The notes: generated by a model not told the origin, from the letters alone. 64,000 nucleotides of DNA from Candidatus Woesebacteria bacterium (GCA_963716475.1 OY970314.1:500790-564789); one strand, 5' to 3'. Numbered from the stretch's first letter, positions 8,725-20,015 are shown. Translations and numbers: made by a program.

Positions 8725-9804
8725 TTAAAACATTCTAGCATTTTTCACGAAGTCAATAAATTCCTTCTTAAATCGCTCTTTCGAGAATCTGTCTGCGTTG
8801 GTCTTTAAAACGTTTATATCAAACTTGATCTTTTCAAACTTTTTAACGGCATCTATCAAACTTGCAGGCTTTTGTTCTTCAAAAAGTATCCCGGTTTTGT
8901 CCGGGATTACCGTATCAATCGCACCGCCTTTTTTGTAAGCGATAACCGGAACTCCAAACTTCTGTGCTTCGACTGATACGATCCCAAAATCTTCTTCCTG
9001 CGGCATAATCAAAGCTTTCGCACCGGCATAATATTTGACTAGACCCGCTTCGGAAACCTGACCCACAAATTTGATGTTACTGCCTGCCATTCGTTTTAAC
9101 TTATTCTCTTCGCGACCCGTCCCGATGATGATAAGCGGATACCCAAGTTTATTAAACGCCTTTAGTACCAAATCTACCTTCTTATAACCGACAAGTCTCG
9201 ACACTGTTAAATAATATTTTCTGTTGTTACCTTTCTTAACATTTGTCGGGGTAATATTAACAGGAGGGTAAATAACATTAGAATCTCTGACATAATAGCT
9301 CTTTATTCTATTTTTCACTTCTCTCGAAATAGAGATAATTTTATCCGGTCGGTTAGATGCCAATTTATCCCATCTTCTAAGACTATCCACAAACGGTTTT
9401 GCAATAACTTTAGATAATACTGTCCCAAAGTAGTGTTCATAATGACTCCATAAGTACCGCGTTGGGGTTAGACAATAACAAATATGCAAAGTACCCGGTT
9501 TCGTGCGGATGCCTTTGGCCGCTTCACTGGTAACAGATATCACCAGATCAAAATCAGAAAAATTAAATGATTCAAAAGCCAGTGGCATTAAAGGTGCCAA
9601 AAATTCGTGATTTGATCTGGCAAAGGGGAATTTTTGTAAAAATGACGTCACAACTGCCGGAAATACTTTTGCCCAGGGGGCGCCCCCCGGATCATATACA
9701 GAAGTATAAAGAGGGGCTTCCGGAAAAATTTCATGGAGAGCAAGAAGAACCCGTTCGGCTCCTCCCCATTTATTTACCCGGTCGTATACTATAGCAACTT
9801 GCAT
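8725..9804 (-). CDS. Glycosyltransferase family 4 (WbaZ-like mannosyltransferase)
   Basis: GGAERVL, CYCLTPTRYLW, EEDFGIVSVEAQKFGVPVIA. Confidence 0.88.
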   Translation of the reverse strand: MQVAIVYDRVNKWGGAERVLLALHEIFPEAPLYTSVYDPGGAPWAKVFPAVVTSFLQKFPFARSNHEFLAPLMPLAFESFNFSDFDLVISVTSEAAKGIRTKPGTLHICYCLTPTRYLWSHYEHYFGTVLSKVIAKPFVDSLRRWDKLASNRPDKIISISREVKNRIKSYYVRDSNVIYPPVNITPTNVKKGNNRKYYLTVSRLVGYKKVDLVLKAFNKLGYPLIIIGTGREENKLKRMAGSNIKFVGQVSEAGLVKYYAGAKALIMPQEEDFGIVSVEAQKFGVPVIAYKKGGAIDTVIPDKTGILFEEQKPASLIDAVKKFEKIKFDINVLKTNADRFSKERFKKEFIDFVKNARMF

Positions 9805-10891
9805 ATATTCGTAGTGTTTCTTCCGCCATTTTAGCCCAGGAGTAACGTTTTACAAAATTCAGGGCTTTCTCAATTTTCCCGGAACGCGATTTTTCATCCG
9901 TCTCTATAGCTCTCTCCATGGCCTTTTCTATCGATGTAAAGTCCAAGGGATTAAAAAATATCGCGTTGTCCTGATAAATTTCTCTAAAAACCGGAATGTC
10001 CGATGCCAAAACCAGAGTTCCCGATGCCATTGCCTCAAGTCCGGGCAAACCGAAACCCTCGGAAAGGGAAGGGGAAACAAATCCAACCGAATTTTTATAC
10101 AACCCGAATAACTCTTTATCTGAAATAAAACCCAGTAATTTAGTGTAACTCCCTGCCCCATGCTCATGAATTAAACTTTCCAGTCTCCGGGTAAATATTC
10201 CCCTCGATGTTGCAATAAGTAATTTCACCGGTTGAATATATTTTTTGTTCAATAAAACCACTGCTTCCATTAATCTATTAAGATTTTTGTGGGGATAAGC
10301 GTTGCCGGCATAAATAAAGTACGGTTTCCCCGAAAAATTACTACTCATGTCAATCTCTTTGACTTCCGCTCCCAAATGCGTTACGAAAACTTTGCTTTCG
10401 GAAAGTCTGTAATATTTAACCAGTTCTTCTTTAATTGCCTGGCTGGGAGCAATGATTTTTTCGGACCGTCTTACGGCGTTGTCAAAAACCAATCTGTAAC
10501 CTAATCTTTTTAAAAAATATAAGGGAGCCGACAGGGTTGTAGCCGCCAAACCAACACTCTTATGCATAAGCATATCGTGTATTGTCACAATGTAATTACC
10601 CCGATAGAAAACAGGTGCGTTGAAATGCGGAAAGTGAACTAAATCCGGACTTTCATTATTTATTAGGTTCGGAAGTTTAAATTGCTCTGCAAAACTATAA
10701 TGGCGGAAGTCAGCTTCTATTTTTTTCCAATTTTGGGGTAATTTCAGACTGTCAAAATACTTCTTTCTGAGTAGGATTACATATTCATTACGGGAGTCTA
10801 TCTTTCCAAGTTGATCAATAAGATTAATAAGGTATCTGCCGAGACCTGCATTTTCCAAACCATATAAACGCCCGTCAATCAAAATTTTCAT
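9770..10891 (-). CDS. Glycosyltransferase family 4 (MtfB/WbpY-like)
   Basis: IDGR..GLGRY, VTIHDM, PHKNL, EGFGLPGLEAMASG. Confidence 0.9.
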   Translation of the reverse strand: MKILIDGRLYGLENAGLGRYLINLIDQLGKIDSRNEYVILLRKKYFDSLKLPQNWKKIEADFRHYSFAEQFKLPNLINNESPDLVHFPHFNAPVFYRGNYIVTIHDMLMHKSVGLAATTLSAPLYFLKRLGYRLVFDNAVRRSEKIIAPSQAIKEELVKYYRLSESKVFVTHLGAEVKEIDMSSNFSGKPYFIYAGNAYPHKNLNRLMEAVVLLNKKYIQPVKLLIATSRGIFTRRLESLIHEHGAGSYTKLLGFISDKELFGLYKNSVGFVSPSLSEGFGLPGLEAMASGTLVLASDIPVFREIYQDNAIFFNPLDFTSIEKAMERAIETDEKSRSGKIEKALNFVKRYSWAKMAEETLRIYASCYSIRPGK

Positions 10892-12087
10892 AGGGTTCCG
10901 GTTTTTTCATATATTTTGTCCAAATACTCTCCCATTTTATACCAGCTGAATTTTTCTTCGACCAATTTTCTTGCATTTTCCGCTATTCTTTTTGCAAGAT
11001 TTTCATCATCCAAAACTCCCAAAACCGCCTCGGCCATTTCCCCCGGTTCATCCCGAATAATAACCTCTTTCCCGTCGGTTGCCTCAAGTCCCTCAGCCCC
11101 GACAGAAGTCGTGACGAGAGGCAATTTTGCAGCCATTGCGGCAAGATGTTTAAGTCTGGTTCCGCCGGGTCCCCGTAAAGGAGAAACAAAAACTGAAGAT
11201 TCATAGTACGCCTTCCTTATACTCTCCTGGTCGTCTTCTTTTAAATCATCAATAATAATATTTTCGGATTTATATTCAAGAATTTCTTTGGGAACATGCT
11301 GTCCGACAATCCATACTTTAATATCGGCATTTTTTCTATGAATCAAGGGGAAAACTTCATCCAAAAGCAGTTTTGCCGCTTCAACATTCTGCAGCCATTT
11401 GAAATTTGCTATAAAAAGGATTTTCGGGTTTTGGCTGGTCCAACTATTCTTCTCTCGAAAAAAATTAAGATTTACTCCGTTAGGAACAAGATCAACTTTA
11501 AGACCTGGAACAAGTTTCAACATTTCCTTTTTATCAGATTCGGAAACGGCAACCACACGATTGGCCTTTTTCCAAAAACTGGTTTCCCAAAAGCGCAGCT
11601 TGGCCACGTCGATTGAAAGAAGCCACCTGACAAGAATATTTTTTGATCCTTCAACATAATGCTTATAAACAAGATATTCTATCGTCTGCTCAACGAGCAG
11701 TATCGGTATGTTTGTCTTGGGAATATGAGGCATTACATAAAATGTTTCTGCATGTATAAGATCGTAATGAACATGTTCTACCTCACTTACAACTGCATCC
11801 TTTTCCTCCGGTGAGAGGTTGCGTATTACCAGGAACGGATATGGCCCGAACCCCGTAAGTAAAATATTTCTTAGTGTCCATGGTGACTTCGAGCGTTTGA
11901 AGACCTGAACCTTCGAACAATATTTAGTCAACTCCGGAATAAATCTTTTTTCCGAATCATCTTTGATCAAAGAAAAGAGCGTTATCTCGTGTTTTTTACT
12001 TAAATCCTTTATTAAGTTATATGAACGGATTTGCCCACCCGAGGAATCGGGAAAAGGCAAATATGGGGTGAGCATTAATATCTTCAT
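10888..12087 (-). CDS. Glycosyltransferase family 4
   Basis: PYLPFPDSSGGQIRSYN, VPNGV, GGTRLKHLAAMAAKLPLVTTSVGAEGL. Confidence 0.88.
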   Translation of the reverse strand: MKILMLTPYLPFPDSSGGQIRSYNLIKDLSKKHEITLFSLIKDDSEKRFIPELTKYCSKVQVFKRSKSPWTLRNILLTGFGPYPFLVIRNLSPEEKDAVVSEVEHVHYDLIHAETFYVMPHIPKTNIPILLVEQTIEYLVYKHYVEGSKNILVRWLLSIDVAKLRFWETSFWKKANRVVAVSESDKKEMLKLVPGLKVDLVPNGVNLNFFREKNSWTSQNPKILFIANFKWLQNVEAAKLLLDEVFPLIHRKNADIKVWIVGQHVPKEILEYKSENIIIDDLKEDDQESIRKAYYESSVFVSPLRGPGGTRLKHLAAMAAKLPLVTTSVGAEGLEATDGKEVIIRDEPGEMAEAVLGVLDDENLAKRIAENARKLVEEKFSWYKMGEYLDKIYEKTGTL

Positions 12088-13559
12088 CTAATTGTTAATG
12101 GAGATCGGAGGTCGATAATAATATATTTATCAGTTTTTTCTATCGTCTTGAAACGTCCCTCAATCATTTTTGTGTCGGAGCTCCCCAAATCGACCGAGAC
12201 ATAATAACCCGCACCTTCCTTGATAATATTGTCTATTGAGCTATCAATGGCGGGCCAACCCCAGCGGTTTGTCGCATATAAGAAAGCCGTATCTCCGTCA
12301 TATGGGGCAACTATGAGGGTATTCTTCGGGGTAATTTTATCTATCTCCGCCCCCGCGGCAAGTATTTCCGGATGGTTGATATTGTAGTCTCCGACAATCT
12401 GATTCCATCCGGTAATAAGCATCACCACAATTGAAATAATCAAAATAACTCTTGTTAAAACCCTGTTAAACGTTTTCGTGGTCCAAAGGTAAATAGCTCC
12501 GGCTGCAAGCCCCAAAGAAATCGCAGGGATTGTAAGTATTTGGTAGTAGTCATGCATCACATTTGCATCCGCAACCAATATTACGTAAAAAAGTGCTCCT
12601 GCCAAAAACACGTGGACAAAGAAATTTTTAACCTTTGTATTTAATACTCCGAAAACAAACGGGATTAATCCCATTGAACCCAATATAAGATGTCCCAGCC
12701 TTTCACCGAATATCCAGTACCAAAAAGACGGTTTAAAACGGATATGGTTACCGTTAAATGCCCAGGTATAAAAAGGAATGCCCTGAGGAAACTTGGCTTC
12801 CCACATTCTCCAAAGGAAAAACGGCACAAATGCCAGAATAAAATAGATTGCGGTACTAATCATAACTTTCTTATCGTTTATAAACTTCTTAATACCGTAC
12901 TTTTTTAGAGCCAGATAAATTATCGGGAATATATAAAATCCCAGATACGGCTTAATCAGCATTGCCAATCCGAAGAAAATTCCGGAAATGTAAATAAGCG
13001 GTTTTTTATCCGTAATCGTAAACTCCAAAAATGCCCAGAGCGAGATCATGCCAAACATCACACCCATCGGGTCCGGCAAAATAACCCTGGTGAAATAAAT
13101 GTTAAAGGGTATAAAAAGATAAAAGAATGCACCTAGCAGCCCTCCCCATTTCCCCATTAATCTTTTTCCGATCAGGTATATAAAAAACGAAGTTATTAGT
13201 GCGCACGAAATAGTTATTAATCTTGCCCAGGTTTCTAAAGAAACGGATTTAAAGTTAACACTCAAAACTGCATTTAGGGCATTGTAAAACGGGAACTCAA
13301 CCATCCTGTAGCCCTCGGGGTTGAATATTCCTGTTTGAATACTTGAGATATCATGATACCTCGGAATCAATAGATTAATCCCCTGTTGTACATAGGTTCG
13401 GCTCACCGAGGCTGTGTCCGCCTGTCTCCATGAATGCCAATCGGCAACGGGGTTATCTATTTTATATAACCTCACTAAAAAGCCCAAAATAAGTATTATT
13501 GATAATAATATATACTCAAATAATTTCCCTTTAAAAAATTGATTAATTTTGATGTTCAT
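12084..13559 (-). CDS. GT-C fold glycosyltransferase (ArnT/PMT_2-like)
   Basis: Polytopic; first loop DWHSWRQADTASVSR...EFPFYN; FTRVILPDP, LIKP, HDYYQ. Confidence 0.8.
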   Translation of the reverse strand: MNIKINQFFKGKLFEYILLSIILILGFLVRLYKIDNPVADWHSWRQADTASVSRTYVQQGINLLIPRYHDISSIQTGIFNPEGYRMVEFPFYNALNAVLSVNFKSVSLETWARLITISCALITSFFIYLIGKRLMGKWGGLLGAFFYLFIPFNIYFTRVILPDPMGVMFGMISLWAFLEFTITDKKPLIYISGIFFGLAMLIKPYLGFYIFPIIYLALKKYGIKKFINDKKVMISTAIYFILAFVPFFLWRMWEAKFPQGIPFYTWAFNGNHIRFKPSFWYWIFGERLGHLILGSMGLIPFVFGVLNTKVKNFFVHVFLAGALFYVILVADANVMHDYYQILTIPAISLGLAAGAIYLWTTKTFNRVLTRVILIISIVVMLITGWNQIVGDYNINHPEILAAGAEIDKITPKNTLIVAPYDGDTAFLYATNRWGWPAIDSSIDNIIKEGAGYYVSVDLGSSDTKMIEGRFKTIEKTDKYIIIDLRSPLTIR

Positions 13560-14931
13560 AATTAAGATCTCTTACCAAGAAAACGGCTAAACCAATAAGC
13601 AGCCAGAATATTGTAGCAAACTTCGACGCTTCAAAAATGTCAATAAAGACTGCATTTAATAAAGATCCAAAAAAACCTCCTATTACTCCCGCAACAAAAC
13701 CTAATTTAATACCGGTTAGCTTTTCGGTAAGCGGAAGACAAGATATGAAAACAACCACTATCCTAACTAATATAAGAATAAAGCCCAGAAAACCCAAAAT
13801 TCCGACCTCGGCCAAAAGTCTTAAATAGTCATTATCAACCGCCAGGCCGACTGAAGAGTATCCTGTACCGATAAGGGGATTCTTGAAAAATGCGCGGATT
13901 GCCCCCGGCCATTCAACATTAAGTCTGATCGAGGTCGACCTGTCTTCAAGAACAGGAATTGGTGTACTTACGGGTGGCGCCGTTTCCTTTAAGGCCGGAA
14001 TAGTCAGCTCTTGCGCTGAAATTTTAAAATTGGAAAAGTTTGTTTCTACAATCTTAACATTTTTGATTTTTTGAAAGTAAACGTCAATTAAGCTTTTATA
14101 CCTTGCAAAAAGACTTGTTGAAAACCCGCTCAAAACCAAACTGATAATCACAACTGCGATCATTGCCTTATATTTCTTGACTAAGAATAGGGAAATACAT
14201 ATTGCTGCCAGATATGATACTAAAGAAATTCTCGAGGCTGTATTTACCAACAACCAATAACCGGAAAGAGAAACTATAGACAAAAGTATTTTGGCTAGTT
14301 TGCCCTTAACTACAAAAATAAGAGTTATCAGAATAGGCAAAATCAAAACCATATACGAGGCAAGATCATAATGGCCGGCAAACGTTGAGGTTAACTGACT
14401 ACCCGGAATCCAACTTAAGGCAATTCCCTTTGAGGATTCCGAATTCTGAGTCACGATTACCGGAAAATTGAGATATTTTTGTCCCACACCGTATAGGAAG
14501 GCTACAAATACGGTAATTATCAGAATCTTAACGTAAAACTCCAAGTTTTTGTCCTTCTCGTAGGGAAAAAAAGCCAGAACGGCGAAGAACGGAATAAAGT
14601 ACTCCACACGCCTGAGAAGGTGCAAAACCCCAATACTGGGAACTACTGTTTGCGTCAAAAACACGCCGGCAAGTACCGACACCGATCCGATAAGAAGAAA
14701 AACAAGCATTGCCCGGGTTATTTGGTCATCAAATACTTTCTTAAGGCTGGGAATAATTTTGATAAAAGTAAATATCGCGGTAATAGCTAACAAAAAATCC
14801 TCAAATCTTATAGAAACATACGTTCCCGGGACTTGAATGAGAGGAAATTTCGGGTAAAGAGGCACAATAATAATTAGCGCGGCTACCAGATACTTAAAAA
14901 ATTTATTTAACGGTTCAATAAGTTTATGCAT
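13543..14931 (-). CDS. O-antigen ligase / Wzy polymerase-like membrane protein (Wzy_C domain)
   Basis: TASRIS, STSIRLNVEW...NPLIGTGY...DNDYLRLLAEVGILGF; ~11 TM; probable start ATG 14931 (track 14979). Confidence 0.82.
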   Translation of the reverse strand: MHKLIEPLNKFFKYLVAALIIIVPLYPKFPLIQVPGTYVSIRFEDFLLAITAIFTFIKIIPSLKKVFDDQITRAMLVFLLIGSVSVLAGVFLTQTVVPSIGVLHLLRRVEYFIPFFAVLAFFPYEKDKNLEFYVKILIITVFVAFLYGVGQKYLNFPVIVTQNSESSKGIALSWIPGSQLTSTFAGHYDLASYMVLILPILITLIFVVKGKLAKILLSIVSLSGYWLLVNTASRISLVSYLAAICISLFLVKKYKAMIAVVIISLVLSGFSTSLFARYKSLIDVYFQKIKNVKIVETNFSNFKISAQELTIPALKETAPPVSTPIPVLEDRSTSIRLNVEWPGAIRAFFKNPLIGTGYSSVGLAVDNDYLRLLAEVGILGFLGFILILVRIVVVFISCLPLTEKLTGIKLGFVAGVIGGFFGSLLNAVFIDIFEASKFATIFWLLIGLAVFLVRDLNYEHQN

Positions 14932-14933
14932 TT

Positions 14934-15458
14934 TTATAATCGAAAGATCCATTTTGATGTTTTCACCGTTTTTACCCACTCACTCGCCAAAATCCAGATT
15001 AAACCCAAGGTGGAAAGTCCTATTAGCACCCGCAAAAAAACATTTGAACCTACATATTTAATAATCACTTTTTGGTTAAACGTTTTACCGTCAACCTCAA
15101 ATGTACCTCCGCCGGGCCCGAGTACATTTCCTGCAACATATATCGATTCGCGCATTGGGTGAACTATCTCCTCCAAAAAAGTGGCCTTAGTTTGGTCTCT
15201 AATTAAAGTTTGTGCATCTTCAGGCGGATAGTTAAGAGTCTCCCCCCATCCAAACTCCGCTACATAATGACTCATCAATTGTTCCCTGGTTAAATTTGTA
15301 TAATATCCGCGCCTTAGGGGAGTTTCCTTATCGGCTGGTTCAGTCGAAGATACAAAGTCCCAAAGGGTTTTAGGAAAGGGCGGGGCCGGCCAAACCAAAT
15401 AGACCAAAAGTCCAATACCTAAAAGGGCAAATATAATTTTTACCAGATTTTTCATCAT
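14934..15458 (-). CDS. Hypothetical membrane protein (N- and C-terminal TM)
   Basis: 174 aa ORF overlapping the acyltransferase stop codon; no recognised family. Confidence 0.7.
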   Translation of the reverse strand: MMKNLVKIIFALLGIGLLVYLVWPAPPFPKTLWDFVSSTEPADKETPLRRGYYTNLTREQLMSHYVAEFGWGETLNYPPEDAQTLIRDQTKATFLEEIVHPMRESIYVAGNVLGPGGGTFEVDGKTFNQKVIIKYVGSNVFLRVLIGLSTLGLIWILASEWVKTVKTSKWIFRL

Positions 15459-16051
15459 TGAAAGAGGCGAGGCCGACCTAAATGGTAACTTGGGTTTTTA
15501 TTTTTTCGTTCTCCGATCTCTTTCGCGGGAACTCCCCCGACTATGGCAAAATCACGCACATCTTTGGTCACAACCGCTCCGGCCGCTACGACTGCTCCCT
15601 TACCTATCTTAACCCCCGGTAAAACAATGGCTCTGGGACCTATAAAAACGTAGTCTCCTATCCAGACGGGCTCAGTTATTGCCGAAAAATCGTCCTTTTC
15701 CAAATTATGCTCGGAATTATAAATCATCACAGAGGAGGCAATGTCAACATGATTCCCGATGATAAGTGGAGCCCGTCCGTCCAAAAAAGCGTGATCACCG
15801 ATAATTGTATTGTTACCGATAACAATCCCTTCCGGTTCAAAAAAACCTGCCCACATGTGGACAACCGACCCTTTCCCTATCTTCATTCCGGCTAACCTAT
15901 AAAATAATTTCCGGAATAGGTGCGACGGGACATGACTTACCCACCTGAGAACCATTAACTCAAAATCCAGTAAATAGTTATAGAGTCGGTTCGAAACCTT
16001 TCCCAAAGCCTCCTTATTTGATAATTCCTTGCCTGATTTGTCCTTAAACAT
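15455..16051 (-). CDS. Left-handed beta-helix acyltransferase (maltose/galactoside O-acetyltransferase-like)
   Basis: Hexapeptide repeats; [38 protein letters not shown]...GGVPAK. Confidence 0.9.
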   Translation of the reverse strand: MFKDKSGKELSNKEALGKVSNRLYNYLLDFELMVLRWVSHVPSHLFRKLFYRLAGMKIGKGSVVHMWAGFFEPEGIVIGNNTIIGDHAFLDGRAPLIIGNHVDIASSVMIYNSEHNLEKDDFSAITEPVWIGDYVFIGPRAIVLPGVKIGKGAVVAAGAVVTKDVRDFAIVGGVPAKEIGERKNKNPSYHLGRPRLFQ

Positions 16052-16055
16052 AAAT

Positions 16056-17180
16056 CTAGATATTAGTAATTACCTCCAACGTTTTTCTCGCTGTTTTCTC
16101 CCAGGAAAAATCCTTAACTTGCTCCAAGCCTTTCCTGACATAACCATTATACTTCGCAACCGGCGCCAAAAGCACCTCTTTCATGCCTTGGGTAATACTC
16201 TCCGTATCTTTTGGATCAACTATTATCCCTGCCCCCCCCACAACTTCGGGAAGACTTCCGACTCCGGATACAACAACCGGCACCCCACAGGCCATTGCGT
16301 TAAGTGCATCCAAACCAAATCCTTCCCAAAACGACGGAAGAACAAATAACCTGGCTCCCCTGATTAATGCCGGTTTATCTTCCTCGTCAACAAAATCGGT
16401 AAAAATTATCCGATCCGTTAGCCTCATTTTTTCCACTTTTTCAAAAATTGGTTCAAAAAGCCAACCTTTCTTTCCCGCAATCACCAACCGAAGTTCGGGT
16501 TTTAGAGTCCGGAGTTTCGAAAAAGCCTCTATTAAATTTTCTATATTCTTGCTGGGTTTGAGCGTACCCAAATATAATACATAGTCCGTAACTATGGAGT
16601 ACTTATCCATCACACGTCGCACATCATCATTGGTAATTTGAGTATTAAATCTATCTGCGTCGTAGGCTAACGGTGTAACGTAAATTTTGTCTTTCGCAAA
16701 CGGATAGTGTCGTACAATATCTTCTTTTGTACTATTTGATATCGCTATGATCCTCTTTGATACAAAAATACTTATAGCACTCCATAACTTTAACTGCCAA
16801 AAGTCTTTTTTTCTAAATTGCTCCGTAAATTCGAGGTATCCAAGGTCCATTATTGAACATATTCGGGGTATTGAAGCTATCGGTGGTACATAGTGACTCG
16901 GAGAAAAGAAAATATCACATTTTGGCTTTCCAAAAAAAAGATATGGCATAAGTCTGGTTAGAATCCAGGCGGATCCTCCTTTAATAACCTTATATTTGAA
17001 GAATTGGCTCTCCTTGGGCATGTCTTCTTTGGGATTTTCCTTGAGATAAACCACAAGCGTATGCTTATCTTTCCATTCATCCTGTAGTTTCCGCAGATTT
17101 TTCAGTAATTCGTAGGCGTAGGTGTTCACACCCACCCTTTTATCTACGTTAGCCTCGTTTCCGTCGATACCGATTTGCAT
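16056..17180 (-). CDS. Glycosyltransferase family 4 (MtfB-like)
   Basis: [37 protein letters not shown]. Confidence 0.9.
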   Translation of the reverse strand: MQIGIDGNEANVDKRVGVNTYAYELLKNLRKLQDEWKDKHTLVVYLKENPKEDMPKESQFFKYKVIKGGSAWILTRLMPYLFFGKPKCDIFFSPSHYVPPIASIPRICSIMDLGYLEFTEQFRKKDFWQLKLWSAISIFVSKRIIAISNSTKEDIVRHYPFAKDKIYVTPLAYDADRFNTQITNDDVRRVMDKYSIVTDYVLYLGTLKPSKNIENLIEAFSKLRTLKPELRLVIAGKKGWLFEPIFEKVEKMRLTDRIIFTDFVDEEDKPALIRGARLFVLPSFWEGFGLDALNAMACGVPVVVSGVGSLPEVVGGAGIIVDPKDTESITQGMKEVLLAPVAKYNGYVRKGLEQVKDFSWEKTARKTLEVITNI

Positions 17181-17187
17181 TTAGCTA

Positions 17188-17193
17188 ATTATA
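17188..17193 (-). promoter_or_regulatory. -10 box TATAAT 7 nt upstream of ATG 17180 (leaderless-type)
   Basis: Minus strand gagTATAATtagctaaATG. Confidence 0.55.
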
Positions 17194-17260
17194 CTCGTAA
17201 ATTATTTTGAGCTGAAGCATAAAATAGTTTGGCTCCTAATGTGTAGTAGAATATGACTAT

Positions 17261-18958
17261 ATGAAACGGCTGATGTTCATTATTCTTTTGGCGGCGGCCT
17301 TTTTAAGAGTCCTCAATTTAAATACGGTCCCGCCGGGGGTGGCTAATGACGAGCTCAATATAGCTATAAACGCGGAGTCTTTGCTTAAAACAGGTACAAA
17401 TATTCCCGGTGTGGTCACGGGAATCATCGGGAAAACCTCGGGAGATCTGTCAATGGGAATACATAGTGAGATCGGTTCATTTTTGATTATTCCTTTTGTT
17501 GCGCTCTTTGGATTCAATTTTGTATCAGTTAAAATTCCGTTTGTTCTTGCAAGTTTAGGCATCGTAGTTATCGGTTATTTTCTTACCAAACGGCTTATTA
17601 ACCAAAAGGCAGCACTTATTGCCATGGCGCTTCTTGCCGTTAATCCTTGGCTAATCTTTTTCGGAAGGGCAGCTTACGAATCTATATTAAGTTCATTCTT
17701 TAATTTATTGGCAATTCTCCTAATAATAAATCTTACGGGTTGGAAGAAAATTTACGCCTTATTGCCGCTTATCGCGGGGTTCCTTTGTTATTTTTCGGCA
17801 AAGACCCTTGTCCTTCCCGTAAGTTTGGTTGCATCTTACGCTTCGGCTGTCTTAAACAAAGATCATAATTATAAACCGCTTATAACACTCAATGTTCTGG
17901 TTTTAGCTGTTGTTATCTTATATCTTCTTATTCTCCCAAAAACACCCGCGGGTGCACGAATTAATGAGTTAAAATCTTCCGAGATTCCCCAAACGGTTAA
18001 CTCAAACAGAACAGCAAGTTTAGATAGCCCTCTCTCCCTGCCATTCGAAAATAAAATTATTGAAGAGCTGAGAATTAGAATACCGGCTTCACTCGGAGAA
18101 TTTAACCCAATTTATTTATTCTTTAACGGTCAGCCTGAATCAATTCCATCATTATCAATCCCCAACCATGCATTCATGTACGTGATTGATCTTCCGCTCA
18201 TCATACTGGGAATAATATTTATGGCGGGCAAGTATAAAAAGCAGCTAACAATTCTCTTAAGCTTCATCGTCATAACCCTGATACCAAATTTTCTTGACCT
18301 GCAGGGAACAACGTATTCCATTAGGACGGTAATACTTTTCCCCGTCCTTGGGATAATCTCTGCTATAGGGATTTATTCGCTGGGCAGTGGTCTACTTAGA
18401 AAAATTGTGGTCTTAATTTACATAATTTTCGTTTTGAATTTTTGTTATATCTACTTCGACAGGCTTCCGGTAGTAAAAAGTGAGGGTTGGTTTTTGTCCC
18501 AGCGGGTATTATCCAGGTACATAACTGAGACTATGACAAAAAGCCCGGAGACAAAAATATTATTTGTAACTGAACAACCGAAACTGGCATTTTACAAATA
18601 TCTTTTTTACGGCGGCAAATATACGGATCCGAAAGAAATAAATTCCATTAACGATATGATCGCCAAGGAGGATTATGAAATCGGCAATTTAACAATAACT
18701 GCTGAGTGTCCCAAAGATCTGAGCTTTCAAAAACAGGAAATCGTTATCACGAGTGCAGACTCAAATTGTGCAAAATCGAAGAACATCTCGATTAAATCGA
18801 TTTATGACGCCGGAGACATATTTTTCATATCCCAAGACTTACTCTGCCGGGGTTTTGCCAAAAATCATTATCCCCTAATCAAAAATGCCGGAACACTTGC
18901 TGTAGAAAAATTAACTACTGAGGATTTCTGTAAAAATTATATTTCGGCCTCTTTATAA
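17261..18958 (+). CDS. GT-C fold glycosyltransferase (ArnT/PMT family, DE-motif paralogue)
   Basis: LRVLNLNTVPPGVANDE, NPWLIFFGRAAYES, FNPIYLFFNG; polytopic with a C-terminal soluble domain. Confidence 0.8.
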   Translation: MKRLMFIILLAAAFLRVLNLNTVPPGVANDELNIAINAESLLKTGTNIPGVVTGIIGKTSGDLSMGIHSEIGSFLIIPFVALFGFNFVSVKIPFVLASLGIVVIGYFLTKRLINQKAALIAMALLAVNPWLIFFGRAAYESILSSFFNLLAILLIINLTGWKKIYALLPLIAGFLCYFSAKTLVLPVSLVASYASAVLNKDHNYKPLITLNVLVLAVVILYLLILPKTPAGARINELKSSEIPQTVNSNRTASLDSPLSLPFENKIIEELRIRIPASLGEFNPIYLFFNGQPESIPSLSIPNHAFMYVIDLPLIILGIIFMAGKYKKQLTILLSFIVITLIPNFLDLQGTTYSIRTVILFPVLGIISAIGIYSLGSGLLRKIVVLIYIIFVLNFCYIYFDRLPVVKSEGWFLSQRVLSRYITETMTKSPETKILFVTEQPKLAFYKYLFYGGKYTDPKEINSINDMIAKEDYEIGNLTITAECPKDLSFQKQEIVITSADSNCAKSKNISIKSIYDAGDIFFISQDLLCRGFAKNHYPLIKNAGTLAVEKLTTEDFCKNYISASL

Positions 18959-19995
18959 ATTTCCAAGGTTTGCTTTGCAGTTTCTTCCCACGTAAACCCG
19001 CTGACCCGGGCTAATCCTTTTTCAATAAGTCCCTTGGGTCCGTCTAAAGTCTTCGCTATACCGTCGGCAATTGATGAGGCATCGTACGGATCCACGAGTA
19101 CCGCTGCACCGCCTGCCACTTCAGGCATCGAGGAAATGTTTGATGTTACAACAGGTACCCCACAGGCAAACGCATCCAAAATCGGGATTCCGTAACCCTC
19201 ATATAGTGACGCAAATATCAGGCCTCTCGAACCGGTCAGAAGCGCCCTCAGATCATTTTGTGGTACAAAGCCCAACACTCTCAGGTTCCTTTCCGGTTTC
19301 ACTTCAGTGCCGGAAGGTCTCCCGACAAGAACCAGTTTGAGTTCTTTTCCGGCGGAGCTTAAATGAAAAGCCTCGATAACTCTTTTGGTATTTTTAAGCT
19401 CTGTAACGCCGATTGAAATCAAATAGTCGCCCTGAATTTGATATTTTTTCTTTACGCTTTCAACCTGCGCTTCATTTGCCTTCGAAAAAGACGGGGCCTC
19501 GGGGATTACTCTGATTATATTCGTATCCACTCCTAAATCCGTAAGATCCGTCTTGGTTGAATTTGAAGGTACGATTATTCTTTTGCTTTCGCGGGTTACC
19601 CAGGAAAGTTTCCGCTTTTGAACCTCCAAAATTTTCGGGGGAACCATTTTGGGAAATTTCAAAGCATATAAATCATGAACCGTTGTAACCTTAAATGCGT
19701 TCGAAGGGGGCTCCGCCCAGTCCGACGTGTGGAAAACATCAATATTCCCGATTAATTTTTCGATTGGCAAAATATGAAATTTATTCCAAATAAGATCCGC
19801 CAAAACCGGGGGGATCGGAAATATACGGGCCTTCGGAAAGGATCGTAAAATGTCGCCACGCCTCCTGAAAGCCCCTGCAAAGAGCGTAAATTCATCTTCC
19901 GAATCAATCTTCAGAAGCGTTCTAACCAGATTCTCGGTGTATGTTGAAACACCCGTTCCGTAGACGATCTGACTGATATCAATTGCTACACGCAT
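18937..19995 (-). CDS. Glycosyltransferase family 4 (MtfB-like)
   Basis: GTGVSTY, TTVHDL, EGYGIPILDAFACGVPVVTS. Confidence 0.9.
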   Translation of the reverse strand: MRVAIDISQIVYGTGVSTYTENLVRTLLKIDSEDEFTLFAGAFRRRGDILRSFPKARIFPIPPVLADLIWNKFHILPIEKLIGNIDVFHTSDWAEPPSNAFKVTTVHDLYALKFPKMVPPKILEVQKRKLSWVTRESKRIIVPSNSTKTDLTDLGVDTNIIRVIPEAPSFSKANEAQVESVKKKYQIQGDYLISIGVTELKNTKRVIEAFHLSSAGKELKLVLVGRPSGTEVKPERNLRVLGFVPQNDLRALLTGSRGLIFASLYEGYGIPILDAFACGVPVVTSNISSMPEVAGGAAVLVDPYDASSIADGIAKTLDGPKGLIEKGLARVSGFTWEETAKQTLEIYKEAEI

Positions 19996-20015
19996 AATCT
20001 TTTCTAGTTAATAAT

